Part shown: positions 24,377 through 36,040 of the stretch, one piece after another
How positions within the stretch are numbered: the first letter of the stretch is position 1
Layout of the letters: the number at the start of each line of letters is the position of its first letter
DNA from: Chiloscyllium plagiosum
Taxonomy: Eukaryota
Direction of reading: 5' to 3'
DNA length: 64,000 nt
Assembly: GCF_004010195.1 (NCBI RefSeq)
Contig: NC_057719.1
Coordinates: 2,471,165-2,535,164, forward strand
Program-made: the position numbers and the translations under genes
Notes under the pieces: model-generated
Databases searched by the model: none
Seen by the model: the letters and a program-made list of their open reading frames with translations, nothing else
What the model was told of the DNA's origin: nothing

Positions 24377-26019
24377 GTAGCTGTAGAGCACGGGAGCCGT
24401 GGTTTACGAAGGAAGTGGAATCTCTGGTCAAGAGGAAGAAGAAGACTTATGTTAGGATGAGATGTGAAGGCTCAGTTAGGGCTCTTGAGGGTTACAAGGT
24501 AGCCAGGAAAGATCTAAAGAGAGAGCCAGGAGGACACATGAGAAGTTGTTGGCGGATAGGATCAGGGTAAACCCTAAGGCTTTCTATAGGTATTTAAGGA
24601 ATAAAAGAATGACGAGAGTAAGATTAGGGCCGATCAAGGATAGTAGTGGGAAGTTGTGTGTGGAGTCAGAGGAGATAGGGGAAGCACAATGAATATTTTT
24701 CAAAGTATTCACTCTAGAAAATGACAATGTTGTTGAGGAGAATACTGAGATACAGGCTACTAGACGAGGTGGGATTGAGGTTCACAAGGAAGAGGTATTA
24801 GAAATCCTGCAGAGCGTGAAAATAGATANNNNNNNNNNNNNNNNNNNNNNNNNNNNNNNNNNNNNNNNNNNNNNNNNNNNNNNNNNNNNNNNNNNNNNNN
24901 NNNNNNNNNNNNNNNNNNNNNNNNNNNNNNNNNNNNNNNNNNNNNNNNNNNNNNNNNNNNNNNNNNNNNNNNNNNNNNNNNNNNNNNNNNNNNNNNNNNN
25001 NNNNNNNNNNNNNNNNNNNNNNNNNNNNNNNNNNNNNNNNNNNNNNNNNNNNNNNNNNNNNNNNNNNNNNNNNNNNNNNNNNNNNNNNNNNNNNNNNNNN
25101 NNNNNNNNNNNNNNNNNNNNNNNNNNNNNNNNNNNNNNNNNNNNNNNNNNNNNNNNNNNNNNNNNNNNNNNNNNNNNNNNNNNNNNNNNNNNNNNNNNNN
25201 NNNNNNNNNNNNNNNNNNNNNNNNNNNNNNNNNNNNNNNNNNNNNNNNNNNNNNNNNNNNNNNNNNNNNNNNNNNNNNNNNNNNNNNNNNNNNNNNNNNN
25301 NNNNNNNNNNNNNNNNNNNNNNNNNNNNNNNNNNNNNNNNNNNNNNNNNNNNNNNNNNNNNNNNNNNNNNNNNNNNNNNNNNNNNNNNNNNNNNNNNNNN
25401 NNNNNNNNNNNNNNNNNNNNNNNNNNNNNNNNNNNNNNNNNNNNNNNNNNNNNNNNNNNNNNNNNNNNNNNNNNNNNNNNNNNNNNNNNNNNNNNNNNNN
25501 NNNNNNNNNNNNNNNNNNNNNNNNNNNNNNNNNNNNNNNNNNNNNNNNNNNNNNNNNNNNNNNNNNNNNNNNNNNNNNNNNNNNNNNNNNNNNNNNNNNN
25601 NNNNNNNNNNNNNNNNNNNNNNNNNNNNNNNNNNNNNNNNNNNNNNNNNNNNNNNNNNNNNNNNNNNNNNNNNNNNNNNNNNNNNNNNNNNNNNNNNNNN
25701 NNNNNNNNNNNNNNNNNNNNNNNNNGGAAAGGGAGAGCCTTTTTCCAAGTATGGTGATGGCGAGCACGAGGGGGCATAGCTTTAAATTGAGGGGTGATAG
25801 ATATAGGACAGATGTCAGAGGTTGTTTCTTTACTCAGAAAGTAGTAAGGGTATGGAATGCTTTGCCTGCAACGGTAGTAGATTCACCAACTTTAAATACA
25901 CTTAAGTCGTCATTGGACAAGTATATGGACGTAGGTTAGATGGGCTTCAGATTGGTATGACAGGTCGGCGCAACATCGAGGGCTGAAGGGCCTGTACTGC
26001 GCTGTAATGTTCTATGTTC
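24377..26019 (+). mobile_element. CR1 LINE inserted in the satellite (gap at 24829-25725)
   Basis: TAAAGCT at 24370-24376 / 26020-26026; ORF 25751-25939 RGHSFKL..FFTQKVVRVWNALP; TTCTATG tail. Confidence 0.9.
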
Positions 26020-26529
26020 TAAAGCTTCCTCTACACTCTCCCCATTAAACACTCCCAGGACAGGAACAGCACAGGGTTAGATACAGAGTAAAGCTCCCTC
26101 TCCACTGTCCCCCATCAAACGCTCCCAGGACAGGGACAGCACAGGGTTAGACACAAAGTAAAGCTCCTTCTACACTGTCCCCATCAAACACTCGCTGGAC
26201 AGGGACAGCTTGGGGTTAGTCACAGAGTAAAGCTCCCTCTACACTGTTCCCATAAAGCAGCCCCCACTACAGCACTGCTTTAGACACAGATTAAAGTTGT
26301 TGTGTGCTGCACCAGCACGTGTAATTGAACCTCAAACCTCAGTGTCTTGGCAAAATGAACACAAATCTTTTGTTTTTTCTATGCACTTGCTTTTTGTGTT
26401 GAATCTAGTTCATATTTCATTTGGAGCAGCCACGATGACCACAGTTTTGTACTGCGATTTCGTTAACAGTACCTGAACAGGAAATAAGCCAGCCAGTTTA
26501 AAGTCTAAATTAGGTCACAGCGATGCAAT

Positions 26530-27236
26530 TGGAATTGATTTATTGATTGTCATGTGTATCTTGTTACAAATGACGGCGAAAAGTGTTGCGGAGTGTCGCC
26601 ACTCTCCGGCTCGATCAGAGAACACAGAACAATAAAACCACAACATGGAAAATAACGGCAGAAGAATTTCTTTTTAAGAAGTGTTCAACTTTACAGTGCT
26701 TCTTGGTAAGTGTTCCACCGTGAGCCATGGGTGTGGTAGCCAGGCACAAGTCCCCTTCACCCTGCTGCTGGAGTGAAAGTTGCCTCTCACTTCCACTGAG
26801 GCCCTCACCATTATGAGTCCTCGATGGGCCACTGCAATCCTGCCCCCCCCATGTCTCTGGGTACCACACTGGCCCAAACCCAACTCTGCCTCCTCCACAG
26901 TGGGTCTACTCTGGGCCCACCTCGCCAACATAATCGCTGCTGATGTCACCGGATCTTGTACTGGGCTCAGAATCCACTCCGCCGCACCTACCATGAGTGG
27001 GCACTAGGACCGTCTCGGCGATGCCAATGCCACCAGGAACACAAACCAACCTCTAAACCTACCCTTCAGGCCAAGTCACTGCTACTCATCATTACCAAAC
27101 TCTTCAACAAGAGGTGAGTAAAACAAAAGAGTAAAAAAGAACAAAAGAATTTTGAGAAAAGAAAGAAAAGAAAGGAAAAGAAGCAGATGGAACAGATGAG
27201 CCTCTAACTCCGAATCCCTACTCCACTGCCATCTTA
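26530..27236 (-). mobile_element. Probable non-autonomous non-LTR element
   Basis: Minus strand starts AAGATGGCAGTGGAGTAGG and ends ACACATGACAATCAATAAATCAATT, similar to the Rex1-type tail at 59380-59410; no convincing ORF. Confidence 0.4.
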
Positions 27237-27764
27237 ACCAAAAGCTGAGGGAGTAGAATGGAGATTAATTCCATCAGCTCCTCAATTTGTGAATTAACAT
27301 GTGGTGCATCTGCTCATGAACAATTCTTCCTTTGAGTATCTCTTATTTTGTACTAATCAGCTCATTGGGTATTGAGTCCCAATGTTGACTGGCCCATGTA
27401 GTGTCTCAGCAGTAACCAGGTTATGCTGTTCCCTGGCATAGAGTGGGATGTTTGGCCAGGGAGGGGACTCTGGTAATGTAAGTCACACCTCAGATGAGTA
27501 ATGTCCACCTGCACGCCAACTATATCTATCCCCTCCAACACATTGCCTACCTGGGCATGAGGACTGTGCCAGGGAGGACTTTGGTGGCAAATCCAGGGGG
27601 CAGGGTCACTCTAGTCCACTGAGTTATACCCCTCAGCTGTTGAGAGGCAGGTGCTAGATGCATGGCACATTCAGAAGTGGCAATGGGATTGTAAAGACTG
27701 CACTTCCTGCCTGTGTTTTTGACTAGGGACTGCAATGGGAAAAGAAATGCTTTCAAATCCAAGG

Positions 27765-28440
27765 ACTTTATTCACTGCTGGGACATGGGCATTGCTGGCT
27801 GGGATGGCATTTTGTTGCTTGTCCCTAGTTGCCCTTGAAGCTGCCTTCTGGAAACACGACAGTCTGTGTGCTGTGGGTAGACCCCCAATGCTGTCAGGGG
27901 GGGAATTGCAGGATTTTGACCCAGCGACACTGAAGGAACAGTAATGGAAGGAATTGATGTTGAAAGTGGTGGATGTGATACCAATCAAGTGGATTGCTTT
28001 GTGCTGAGTGTTGTCAGACCTCTTGAGTGTTGTAGGAGTTGTACTAACCCATTCTATCACATTGTGCCTTGTAAGTTAGATTCCCTACAGTATGGGAAAC
28101 AGACCCTTCAGCCCAACAAGATCAGACCGACCGTCTGAAGAGTAACCCACCCAGACCCATTCCCCATATTCACCCCTGACTATGGGCAATTTAGCATGAC
28201 CAATTCACCTAACCTGAGTAGATAGTAGACGGGCTTTCGAGAGTCAGGAGGTGAGTTACTGGCTGCAGATACACAACTTCTGATTGTTCTTGTAACCACA
28301 GCATTTACGTGGTTGGTCCAGTTCAGTTTATTGTCAACGGTTGAGAATGGTAAGATTCTGCAAAGTTAAAGCCACTGAACTTAAGGTCAATGTTTAAATT
28401 TTCTCTTGTCGGAGATGGTCATTATCTTGCATTTGTGTGG
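27765..28440 (-). mobile_element. Decayed 3' fragment of the 1-2640 LINE family, with an HE1 tail inserted at about 28076-28215
   Basis: Minus ORF 27671-28060 SFSVAGSKSCNSPP..GLPTAH matches ORF 2281-2604. Confidence 0.75.
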
Positions 28441-28622
28441 CACACATGTTATTTTATACACTGTAATAATGTTTCCAACATTTCCTGACAGCAAACTTCA
28501 GGTCAACTGAAAGCTCCCTGCTTTCACTCTCCTTCCTTTCTAATATCTTGGAATTACGTTCATTACCTTCCAATCCATGGGACCTGTTTTAGAATGTTGG
28601 GAAACTTTGGACCACAAGCCAT

Positions 28623-28948
28623 GGGCGGCACAGTGGCTCAGTGGTTAGCACTGCTGCCTCACAACACCAGGGTCCCGGGTTCAATTCCTGCCTCGGGTAA
28701 CTGTCTGTGTGGAGTTTGCATGTTCTCCTCATGTCTGTTTGGGTTTCCTCCAGGTGCTCCAGATTCCTCCCACAATCCAAAGGTCAGGTGAATTGGCCAT
28801 GCTAAATTGCCCATAGTACTAGGTGCATTAGTCTGGGGTAAATGTAGAGGAATGGGACTGGGTGGGTTGCTCTTTGGAGGGTAGATGTGGACTTGTTGGG
28901 CCGAAGGGCCTGTTTCCACATTGTAGGGAATCTAATCTAAAAAAAAAC
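28623..28948 (+). mobile_element. HE1-type SINE, near full length
   Basis: GGGCGGCACAGTGGCTCAGTGG A box, GGTTCAATTCC B box, AATCTAATCT tail. Confidence 0.92.
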
Positions 28949-29199
28949 TCTGCAGCTTCCTCTTTCAGAACCCTTGGATGTAGGCCATTAGTTCCTGAGA
29001 ATTTATTACCTCTCAGTCACTTAAGTTTTTTCAATGTTTTTCTGCTGATGTTAATTGCCGTAACTTTCTCATTCTTACTAACTCATTGGTCACTCTTTAT
29101 TTCTCATATTCAATTACTTCATTTTCTGTGAGGATAGGCACAAAATATTGATTTTATGTCTCTACCATTTATCCAATCCCTACAACACCATTTTTTCTG

Positions 29200-29745
29200 A
29201 TGTGGAGGAGCTGGTGTTGGACTGGGGTGGACAAAGTTAAAAATCACACAACACCAGGTTATAGTCCAACAGGTTTAACTGGGAGCACCAACTTTCGGAG
29301 CGACGCTCCTTCATCAGGTAGCTGTGGAGGCAGTGCTCCAAAAGCAAGTGCTTCCAAATAAACTGAAACATAGAAAAGTACAGCACAGAACAGGCCCTTT
29401 GGCCCACGGTGTTGTGCCGAGATTTAATCCTAATGTCAAATATAGTAATTTAACCTACACACCCCTCAACTCACTGCTCTCCATGTGCCTGTCCACAGTC
29501 GCTTAAATATCCCTAATGACTCTGCTTCCACCACCACAGCTGGCAACGCATTCCATGCATTCACAACTCTCTGCGGAAAGAACCTACCTCTGACATCTCC
29601 TTTATATCTTCCTCCCAATATCTTCAAACTATGACTCCTCGTACCAGTTAATCCCGCCCTGGGGAAAAGTCTCTGGCTATTAACTCTATCTATTCCTCTC
29701 ATTAGTGTTGGACTATAGCCTAGTGTTGTGTGATTTTTAACTTTT
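29200..29745. mobile_element. Hairpin Penelope-type family C insertion split by a CR1 3' end (29365-29703, minus)
   Basis: AAAATCACACAACACCAGGTTATAGTCCAACA and inverted TGTTGGACTATAGCCTAGTGTTGTGTGATTTT; minus-strand CTGATGAAGGAGCGTCGCTCCGAAA at 29293-29317; CR1 ORF 29466-29702. Confidence 0.8.
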
Positions 29746-29930
29746 TCCCTGCTTTTGTTTCTAAGATGCCAGTGTTTACTTCAGCTATTCTGCTCCTTTT
29801 TATTCACTTGAAAAGTCTCTGAAGAATTGCTTTCTCCTTTCCAGGCCATTTTCCTGTCTATTGTGCTGCTGTTATCATCTTTTTGTCACCCTTGCCTGGT
29901 ATTCTATAATACTCAGTTTCTGATTCAATA

Positions 29931-30688
29931 TGTGATGATGCTGCACCTTTAACAAGGTTAGGTTGTCCTTGGCTTTTTTTTTCAGAGTGGTTGTAAGAGC
30001 AGCAATTCTGAAACATCTGGGTTTAACTAGAGAATCTTTTCAAGTTCTTTTTAACAAACACTTGTACAATGAAAGGGGCATGGCCAGTTCTCCCAGCTCT
30101 GCTTATCTCTGGGTTGGTTTGGTTTGGTGTCTGGCTGGAGGAGAAAGTGAGGTCTGCAGATGCTGGAGATCAGAGCTGAAAATGTGTTGCTGGAAAAGCG
30201 CAGCAGGTCAGGCAGCATCCAGGGAACAGGAGAATCGACGTTTCGGGCATAAGCCCTCTGGCTGTCTGGCTGTTCACTGAAAGCAGTCAGGCAGTGGGAG
30301 GCTGCTGGACCAAGAAACAGCTCCAAGGAAGAAGGTATTTCCAGGCTGAATCTCTCTACCATCTCTCTCTCTCTTCTTCCTGTAAGACCCTGTGTTTGAT
30401 TTCACCTGGTGTGCCAAGGGGTGTTCACGGGGATTGTTGCAGGAATTTGGTACAGCATCATTAAAGATGGATAGCCTGTTCTGTTTTCGGTTAGGTTAAG
30501 TTATGCCATATTCTGCTCTCTTTTGTTTGTGGTTCATTCTGCAATCTTGCAAATCGGTTCTGCTGTGTTTAAAATTGAGTGGTTGGGCCAGCTGCATCAC
30601 TCTACACCTACTTAAAACAACTAGCAAGGTTAGGGTCCGGGCCACTTTCGCGAAATGTTTTGAGGGGGGTCTGGCCTGGTTCATATCA
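29931..30688 (+). mobile_element. Possible solo LTR
   Basis: TG..CA bounded non-coding segment (TGTGATG / CATATCA); no clean TSD found. Confidence 0.35.
30138..30262 (-). mobile_element. Penelope-type family A insertion with 10-bp TSD
   Basis: TGTCTGGCTG at 30128-30137 / 30263-30272. Confidence 0.82.
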
Positions 30689-30944
30689 CTATCCTCTGTC
30701 ATTGTATAAGATGCTTCTTTTAATTCAATGCTAGTGTTAACTTACCCAGTGTCTCAGGGGTGATTTTTTTTTCTTGCTGAGATTCTACTTATATTAAGAT
30801 TGTATACCTTTGTTGAACAATTTGAACTGTTTCTTTAAATGTTTCCCACTGTTTAACGCTGCCATACGTTTTGGTTAAATCAACATGATCTAGTCCCACT
30901 GTCATACCTGGGTAATTCAGTTTGTTTAAGTTTAAAGTGCAAAT

Positions 30945-31170
30945 AGGAACAAGTTCCTGCGGATGCTGTAATCTGTATTGGAAACAACAAATGCTGGAAA
31001 TCCCAGCGGGTCAGATAGCATCGAGAGGGAGAGAGCAAGCCTAACGTTTCGAATCTAGATAACTCTTCATCTGACTCTTCATGAAGAGTCATCTCGAATT
31101 GAAACGTTAAGCCTGCTCTCTCTCCATGGATGCTGCCTGACCCGCTGGGATTTCCAGCATTTTTTGCTTC
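30945..31170. mobile_element. Hairpin Penelope-type family D insertion with two opposed degenerate hammerheads
   Basis: AAATGCTGGAAATCCCAGCGGGTCAG...CTGACCCGCTGGGATTTCCAGCATTT inverted arms of about 85 bp. Confidence 0.82.
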
Positions 31171-31570
31171 CAGTTGTGTAAGTTTAAGATCTTATCTGGA
31201 CATGGAAAATGTCCTTTAAACTTTTAAACTTAGCATGGATTTCAGCAGTGTAATGTGATCTTTTTCCTTAATAGTTGCTAGTTTGAGATTATTCATTAAA
31301 CTGTCTAATTGCTCAATACTAAATCTAGTAGCGTCATCCTGCTTCAGGGGACTATTTTGATAGCATTCTACAAATACATTTTCAGACTATCTTTGCCTGT
31401 TTAATTGACCTATACGAAGATTAAAGTCCACCACAATTATTGCATTGACTTCAACTGTTTCTTGCTTAATGTTGTGCCCAACAGTGTAACTGTTGTTAGG
31501 CAGGTTCTGTGCTGGCACAAGTGTTTTAGATCCTTGCTATTCTTAATCTCGACCCATACTGATTCTACTA

Positions 31571-31885
31571 GGGCAGTACGGTGGCTCAGTGGTTAGCACT
31601 GCTGTCTCACAGCGCCAGGGACCCAGGTACAATTCCAGCCTCAGGCAGCTGTCAGTGTGGAGTTTGCACATTCTCCCCGTGTCTGTGTGGGCTTCCTCTG
31701 GGTGCTCTGGTTTCTTCCTACAGTCCAAAGATTAGGTAAATGCAGATTAGGTAAATTGCCCATTGTATCCAGGGATGCCTAGGCTAGGTGGGTTAGAGAG
31801 GATAGAGGGTTAGGTTTGGGTGGGATGCTGTTTGGAGGGTCAGCTTTGGCCAAATGGTGTGCTCCTGCACTGTGGAGATTCTATA
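31571..31885 (+). mobile_element. HE1-type SINE
   Basis: GGGCAGTACGGTGGCTCAGTGG head and GGAGTTTGCACATTCTCCCCGTGTCTG central domain. Confidence 0.88.
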
Positions 31886-32148
31886 CTTGCTGATCCTCTG
31901 AGCCACAGTTATCTCTCATTGTTCCCTTTAAAACACTGGTGTATTTGAGGGCTATTTACCCTTCTTCACAATTTTGTCTTTTTGAAATATTATGTAGCCT
32001 GCAATATTTATTACCAAAATCAGTATCCATGTCTCTGTTGTTGGTTAAATCTAAACCATTATCTCTGTTCTGTTCCCTTCTTTTCAAACACAAAACAAAT
32101 TCTCACAAGCATTCTCTCAAGCAATAATAATAGCACTAGTCATTTCTG

Positions 32149-32528
32149 TTAATAGCTATTCACCCTCCCAGCAGATGGTTGTCTAACTGTTTACTCCTTA
32201 CCCTCTGCACTCACCCTATCTTCTGCACAATAAATAATTCTTTCCTGACAAACTTCCCTGTTCTGAAGAAAGGTCTCGGGCCCTGAAATGTTAACTTTGA
32301 TTTCTCTTCACAGATGCTGCCAGGCCTGCTGAGCTTTTTAATAGCTATTCACCCTCCCAGCAGATGGTTGTCTAACTGTTTACTCCTTACCCTCTGCACT
32401 CACCCTATCTTCTGCACAATAAATAATTCTTTCCTGCCAAACTTCCCTGTTCTGAAGAAAGGTCTCGGGCCCTGAAATGTTAACTTTGATTTCACTTCAC
32501 AGATGCTGCCAGGCCTGCTGAGCTTTTC
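32149..32528 (+). repeat. 189-bp tandem duplication, each unit carrying a family B hammerhead-like repeat
   Basis: AATAGCTATTCACCCTCCCAG at 32151 and 32340; copies differ at about 2 positions. Confidence 0.9.
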
Positions 32529-32574
32529 CAGCAGCCTCAGTAACTTTGAGTTTTTATTCGGTACAGCAGTAGGT

Positions 32575-32905
32575 CATAGAAACCCTACAGCGTGGAAACA
32601 GGCCCTTCAGTCCACATCCACACCACCCCTCCGAAGAATATCCCACCCAGACTGCTACCCTATCCCAGTAACCCTGCATTTCCCATGGCTAACCCACTTA
32701 GCCTGCACATCTCTGAACTATGGGCAATTTCACATGGCCAATCCATCTAACCTGCACATCTGTGGGAGGAAACCAGAGCACCCAGAGGAAACCCATGCAG
32801 ACACGGGGAGAATGTGCAAACTCCACACAGACAGTCACCCGAGGCGGGAATCGAACCTTGGACCCTGGTGCTGTGAGGCAGCAGTGCTAACCACTGAGCC
32901 ACCGT
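32575..32905 (-). mobile_element. HE1-type SINE
   Basis: GCAGTGCTAACCACTGAGCCACCG head on the minus strand. Confidence 0.88.
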
Positions 32906-33489
32906 TGTTTGTTTCCTCTTTACAATGCGTGCTTTTTTCTCTCTGCTTTATGCAATCATTATCCTTTTGCTATAACATACTATGTACAGATGTGGAAACC
33001 GTCACCTGTTTTCAATAGGACTCTGTTCGAGTTTTACCTCTTGGCATCCTGACCATTTAGGTAACTTGTGATGGAGAGACATAGCGAGCTTGAAATTTTA
33101 ACTTTGTTTCTCTGTCTGTCTCTCTCTCTCGCGAGAGAGAGAAAGAGAGAGAAAGAGATTGAGATCTGCAGACTGTCTTCAGCATTCTCTGTTTGCTTCA
33201 TTGAGATAATTTGGTGAGTGGAGGCACTTAATCTGGTCTCACTACCTCCCATTGCAGAATTCTCTATTGTACCGTGAGCTAAAGTTCCTTTAATTTATTG
33301 ATTTTGTGGGATGTGGGTATCACTGGCTGGCCAGCATTTATTGCTCATCCCTAATTGCTCTTGAGAAGGTTATTTATTTATTGTTTCGCATTTTAAAATA
33401 TAATTGTCTTCTAAAGCCCAGTGTTTGTATAACACCTTTGAAATTCTGCATTTTGATTTGAACCCTAATTTCTCAAACTGTCTAATTCT

Positions 33490-33755
33490 CTGCACGGTGG
33501 CTCAGTGGTTAGCATTGCTGCTTCACAGTGCCAGGGACCTGGGTTCAATTCTCCCTATGTCTGCATGGGTTCCCTCCCACAGTCCAAAGATGTGCAGGTT
33601 AGGGTGAAATTGGCCACAGTGTCCAGGGATGCCTAAGTTAGGTGTGTTCATCAGGGATAAATGTAGAGTAACAGGGTAGGGGACTGGGTGGGATACTCTT
33701 CAGATGGTCGGTGTGGACCTGTTAGGCTAAAGGGCCTGTTTCCACACTGTAGGAA
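33490..33755 (+). mobile_element. HE1-type SINE, internally deleted
   Basis: GCACGGTGGCTCAGTGGTTAGC head and GGGCCTGTTTCCACACTGTAG tail. Confidence 0.82.
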
Positions 33756-33979
33756 TAATATGATTCCTTCATGGACTGTACCAACTGCATTCTCTCTCTC
33801 TTTCCCATTCCAAGTTTATATCCTGTTGAGGGGGAGGCGATGTCTTTAATCTGGCATCAGGCAAGCAACATAGTCTTGGACCCTCCCAGTCATGGCTTTA
33901 GAGAACGGTTTCTACACCCTGATTTTCCATTCTCGCAGCCTGTATGCCTTCCTGTACCAAAACCATGTAGATTTCTGGG

Positions 33980-34806
33980 AGGAACAAATTGCTGCAGATG
34001 CTGCCAATCAACAAATGCTGGCGATCCCAGCAGGTCAGGCAGCATCCACGGAGAGAGAGCTAGCTAATGTTTCCAGTCTAGATGACTCTTCTTAGAGCTA
34101 GACTGAAGTGGACAGGGTGAAGCATTTATGTAGTAGTTGGTGGGGAGGGTGTGCTTTGGAGTACTTGGGGAGATAGAATGTTGATAATTCAGAGTAACTG
34201 ATCAGAACATGAATCTGGTAGTTTGTTGCAGAATTCCTTAGGAATAATTAACCCCCTCCCCCCCCGCCCCCAACAGACTTTGGTGCTATTGACAAATTTA
34301 GGAATGATGTTTAGAATTGCTAACTTAAAGAGTAGACAGTGGTCCCAGTACCTGCTCCTTGTTCCCATACCATCTTACTCCTTCCGGCCTTATGAATAAC
34401 TCATCCTTGCTCCCTTTCTCTACAGTTTCTTGTCTCCTGCATCCACATGCTCTGACAGCACTCATCTGTTTCAAAAACAGAAGTTGCTGGAATAGCTCAG
34501 TAGGTCTGGCAGCATCTGTGGAGAGAAATCAGAGTTAAATGTTTCAGGTCCAGTGACACTTCCTCAGAACTGGGGAGTTCTGAATTTGTTCTAAGTTTGT
34601 CAGGCAATCCCTTCCCAAAGGCAAAAAGTGTGGTGCTCGAAAAACATAGCAGTGTGTGCAGCGTCTGAGGAGCAGGAGAGCCATCAGATCTTATCCCTGA
34701 AACATCAACTCTCCTGCTCCTCAGATGTTGCCTGACCTGCTGTGTTTTTTTCCAGCACCACACTCTCGACTCTGATCTCAAGCATCTACAGTCCCCACTT
34801 TCTCCT
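33980..34806. mobile_element. Three Penelope-type repeats: family D (about 33980-34100), family B (34475-34572), family A hairpin (34621-34806)
   Basis: Family A copy has TSD AATCCCTT(C/A)CCAAAG at 34606-34620 / 34807-34821; the others match family copies elsewhere in the window. Confidence 0.78.
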
Positions 34807-34934
34807 AATCCCTTACCAAAGACCTTTTAGAAATCTGGAATTATCACATCTATGACATTACTCCTGTTTATTTTACCTGTTACCTCTTTGAAGAATTCAA
34901 CAAATTTGGTTGAGCAACCTTTCTCCCTTTGAAA

Positions 34935-36040
34935 TCACAGAGATGTCCAGCACAAAAACAGGCCCTTCAGCCCAACTCATCCGTGCTGACCAGATATCCT
35001 AACCTAATCTAGTCCCATTTGCTGGCATTTGGCCCATATCCCTCTAAACCTTTCCTACTCATTTAATCATCCAGATGCCTTTTAAATGTTGTAATTGTAG
35101 CAGTCTCCACCATTTCCTTTGGCAGCTCATTCCATACACGCACCAGGCTCTGCGTGTAAAAGTTGCCCCTAAGGGCCCTTTTAAATCTTTCCCCTTCACC
35201 TTAAACCCAAGCCCCTCAGTTTTGGACTCTCCCACCATGGGAAAGAGACTTTGTCTATTTACCCTATCCGTGCCCCTCATGATTTTATAAACCTCTATAA
35301 GGTCATTCCTCAGCCTCCGACGCTCCAGGGAAAACAGCCCCAGCCTGTTCAGTCTCTCCCTATAGCTCAAACCCTCCAACCCTGGCAACATCCTTGTAAA
35401 TCTTTTCTGAACCCTTTCAAGTTTCACAAGTTTCCTATAGCAGAGAGACCAGAATTGTACACCGTATTCCAAAAGTGGCCTAACCAACGTCCTGTACAGC
35501 CGCAAGATGACCTCCCTATTCCTATCTGTCCAATGCTCTGTGCAATAAAGTAAAGCATGCCAAACACCTTCTTCACTATCCTATCTACCTGCGACTCCAC
35601 TTTCAAGGAGCTATGAACCTACACTCCAACGTCGCTTTGATCAATAACACTCCCCTGGACCTTCCCATTAAGTGTATAAGCCCTGCCCTGATTTGCCTTT
35701 CCAAAATGCAGCACCTCGCATTTATCTAAAATTAAACTCCATCTGCCACTTCTTGGTCCATTGGCCCATCTGATCAAGATCCTGTTGTAATCTGAGGTAA
35801 CCTTCCTCATTGTCCACTACACCTCCAATTTTGGTGTCATCTGCAAACTTATTAACCATGCCTCCTATGCTCACATCCAAATCATTTATATAAATGACGA
35901 AAAACAGTAGACCCAGCTCTGATCCTTGTGGCACTCCACTGGTCACAGGCCTCCAGTCTGAAAAGCAACCTTCCACCAGCACCTTCTGTCTTCAAGCCAA
36001 TTTTGTATCCTAATGGCGAGCTCCCCCTGGATTCCATGTA
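34935..36040 (-). mobile_element. 5'-truncated CR1 LINE
   Basis: Minus ORFs 35722-35982 (GVPQGS, KFADDTK) and 35059-35505 (LYRTLVRPLLEY). Confidence 0.93.

Larger units (their letters stand above)
23974..26295 (+). repeat. 69-bp tandem satellite, interrupted by two mobile insertions
   Basis: Unit AGAGTAAA(G/T)CTCCCTCTRCACTGTCCC..AAACACTCCCAGGACAGGGACAGCACAGGGTTAGATAC starts at 23974, 24043 and 24112; the array resumes at 24264-24376 and 26020-26295. Confidence 0.9.

Noticed and set aside
24760..25777. Long ORFs of 300+ aa (also 44363-45302)
   Set aside because: Artefacts of N-filled assembly gaps.
23974..26295. CRISPR-like regular repeats (also considered for 43862-48712)
   Set aside because: Units are contiguous with no unique spacers, there are no cas genes, and the context is vertebrate.
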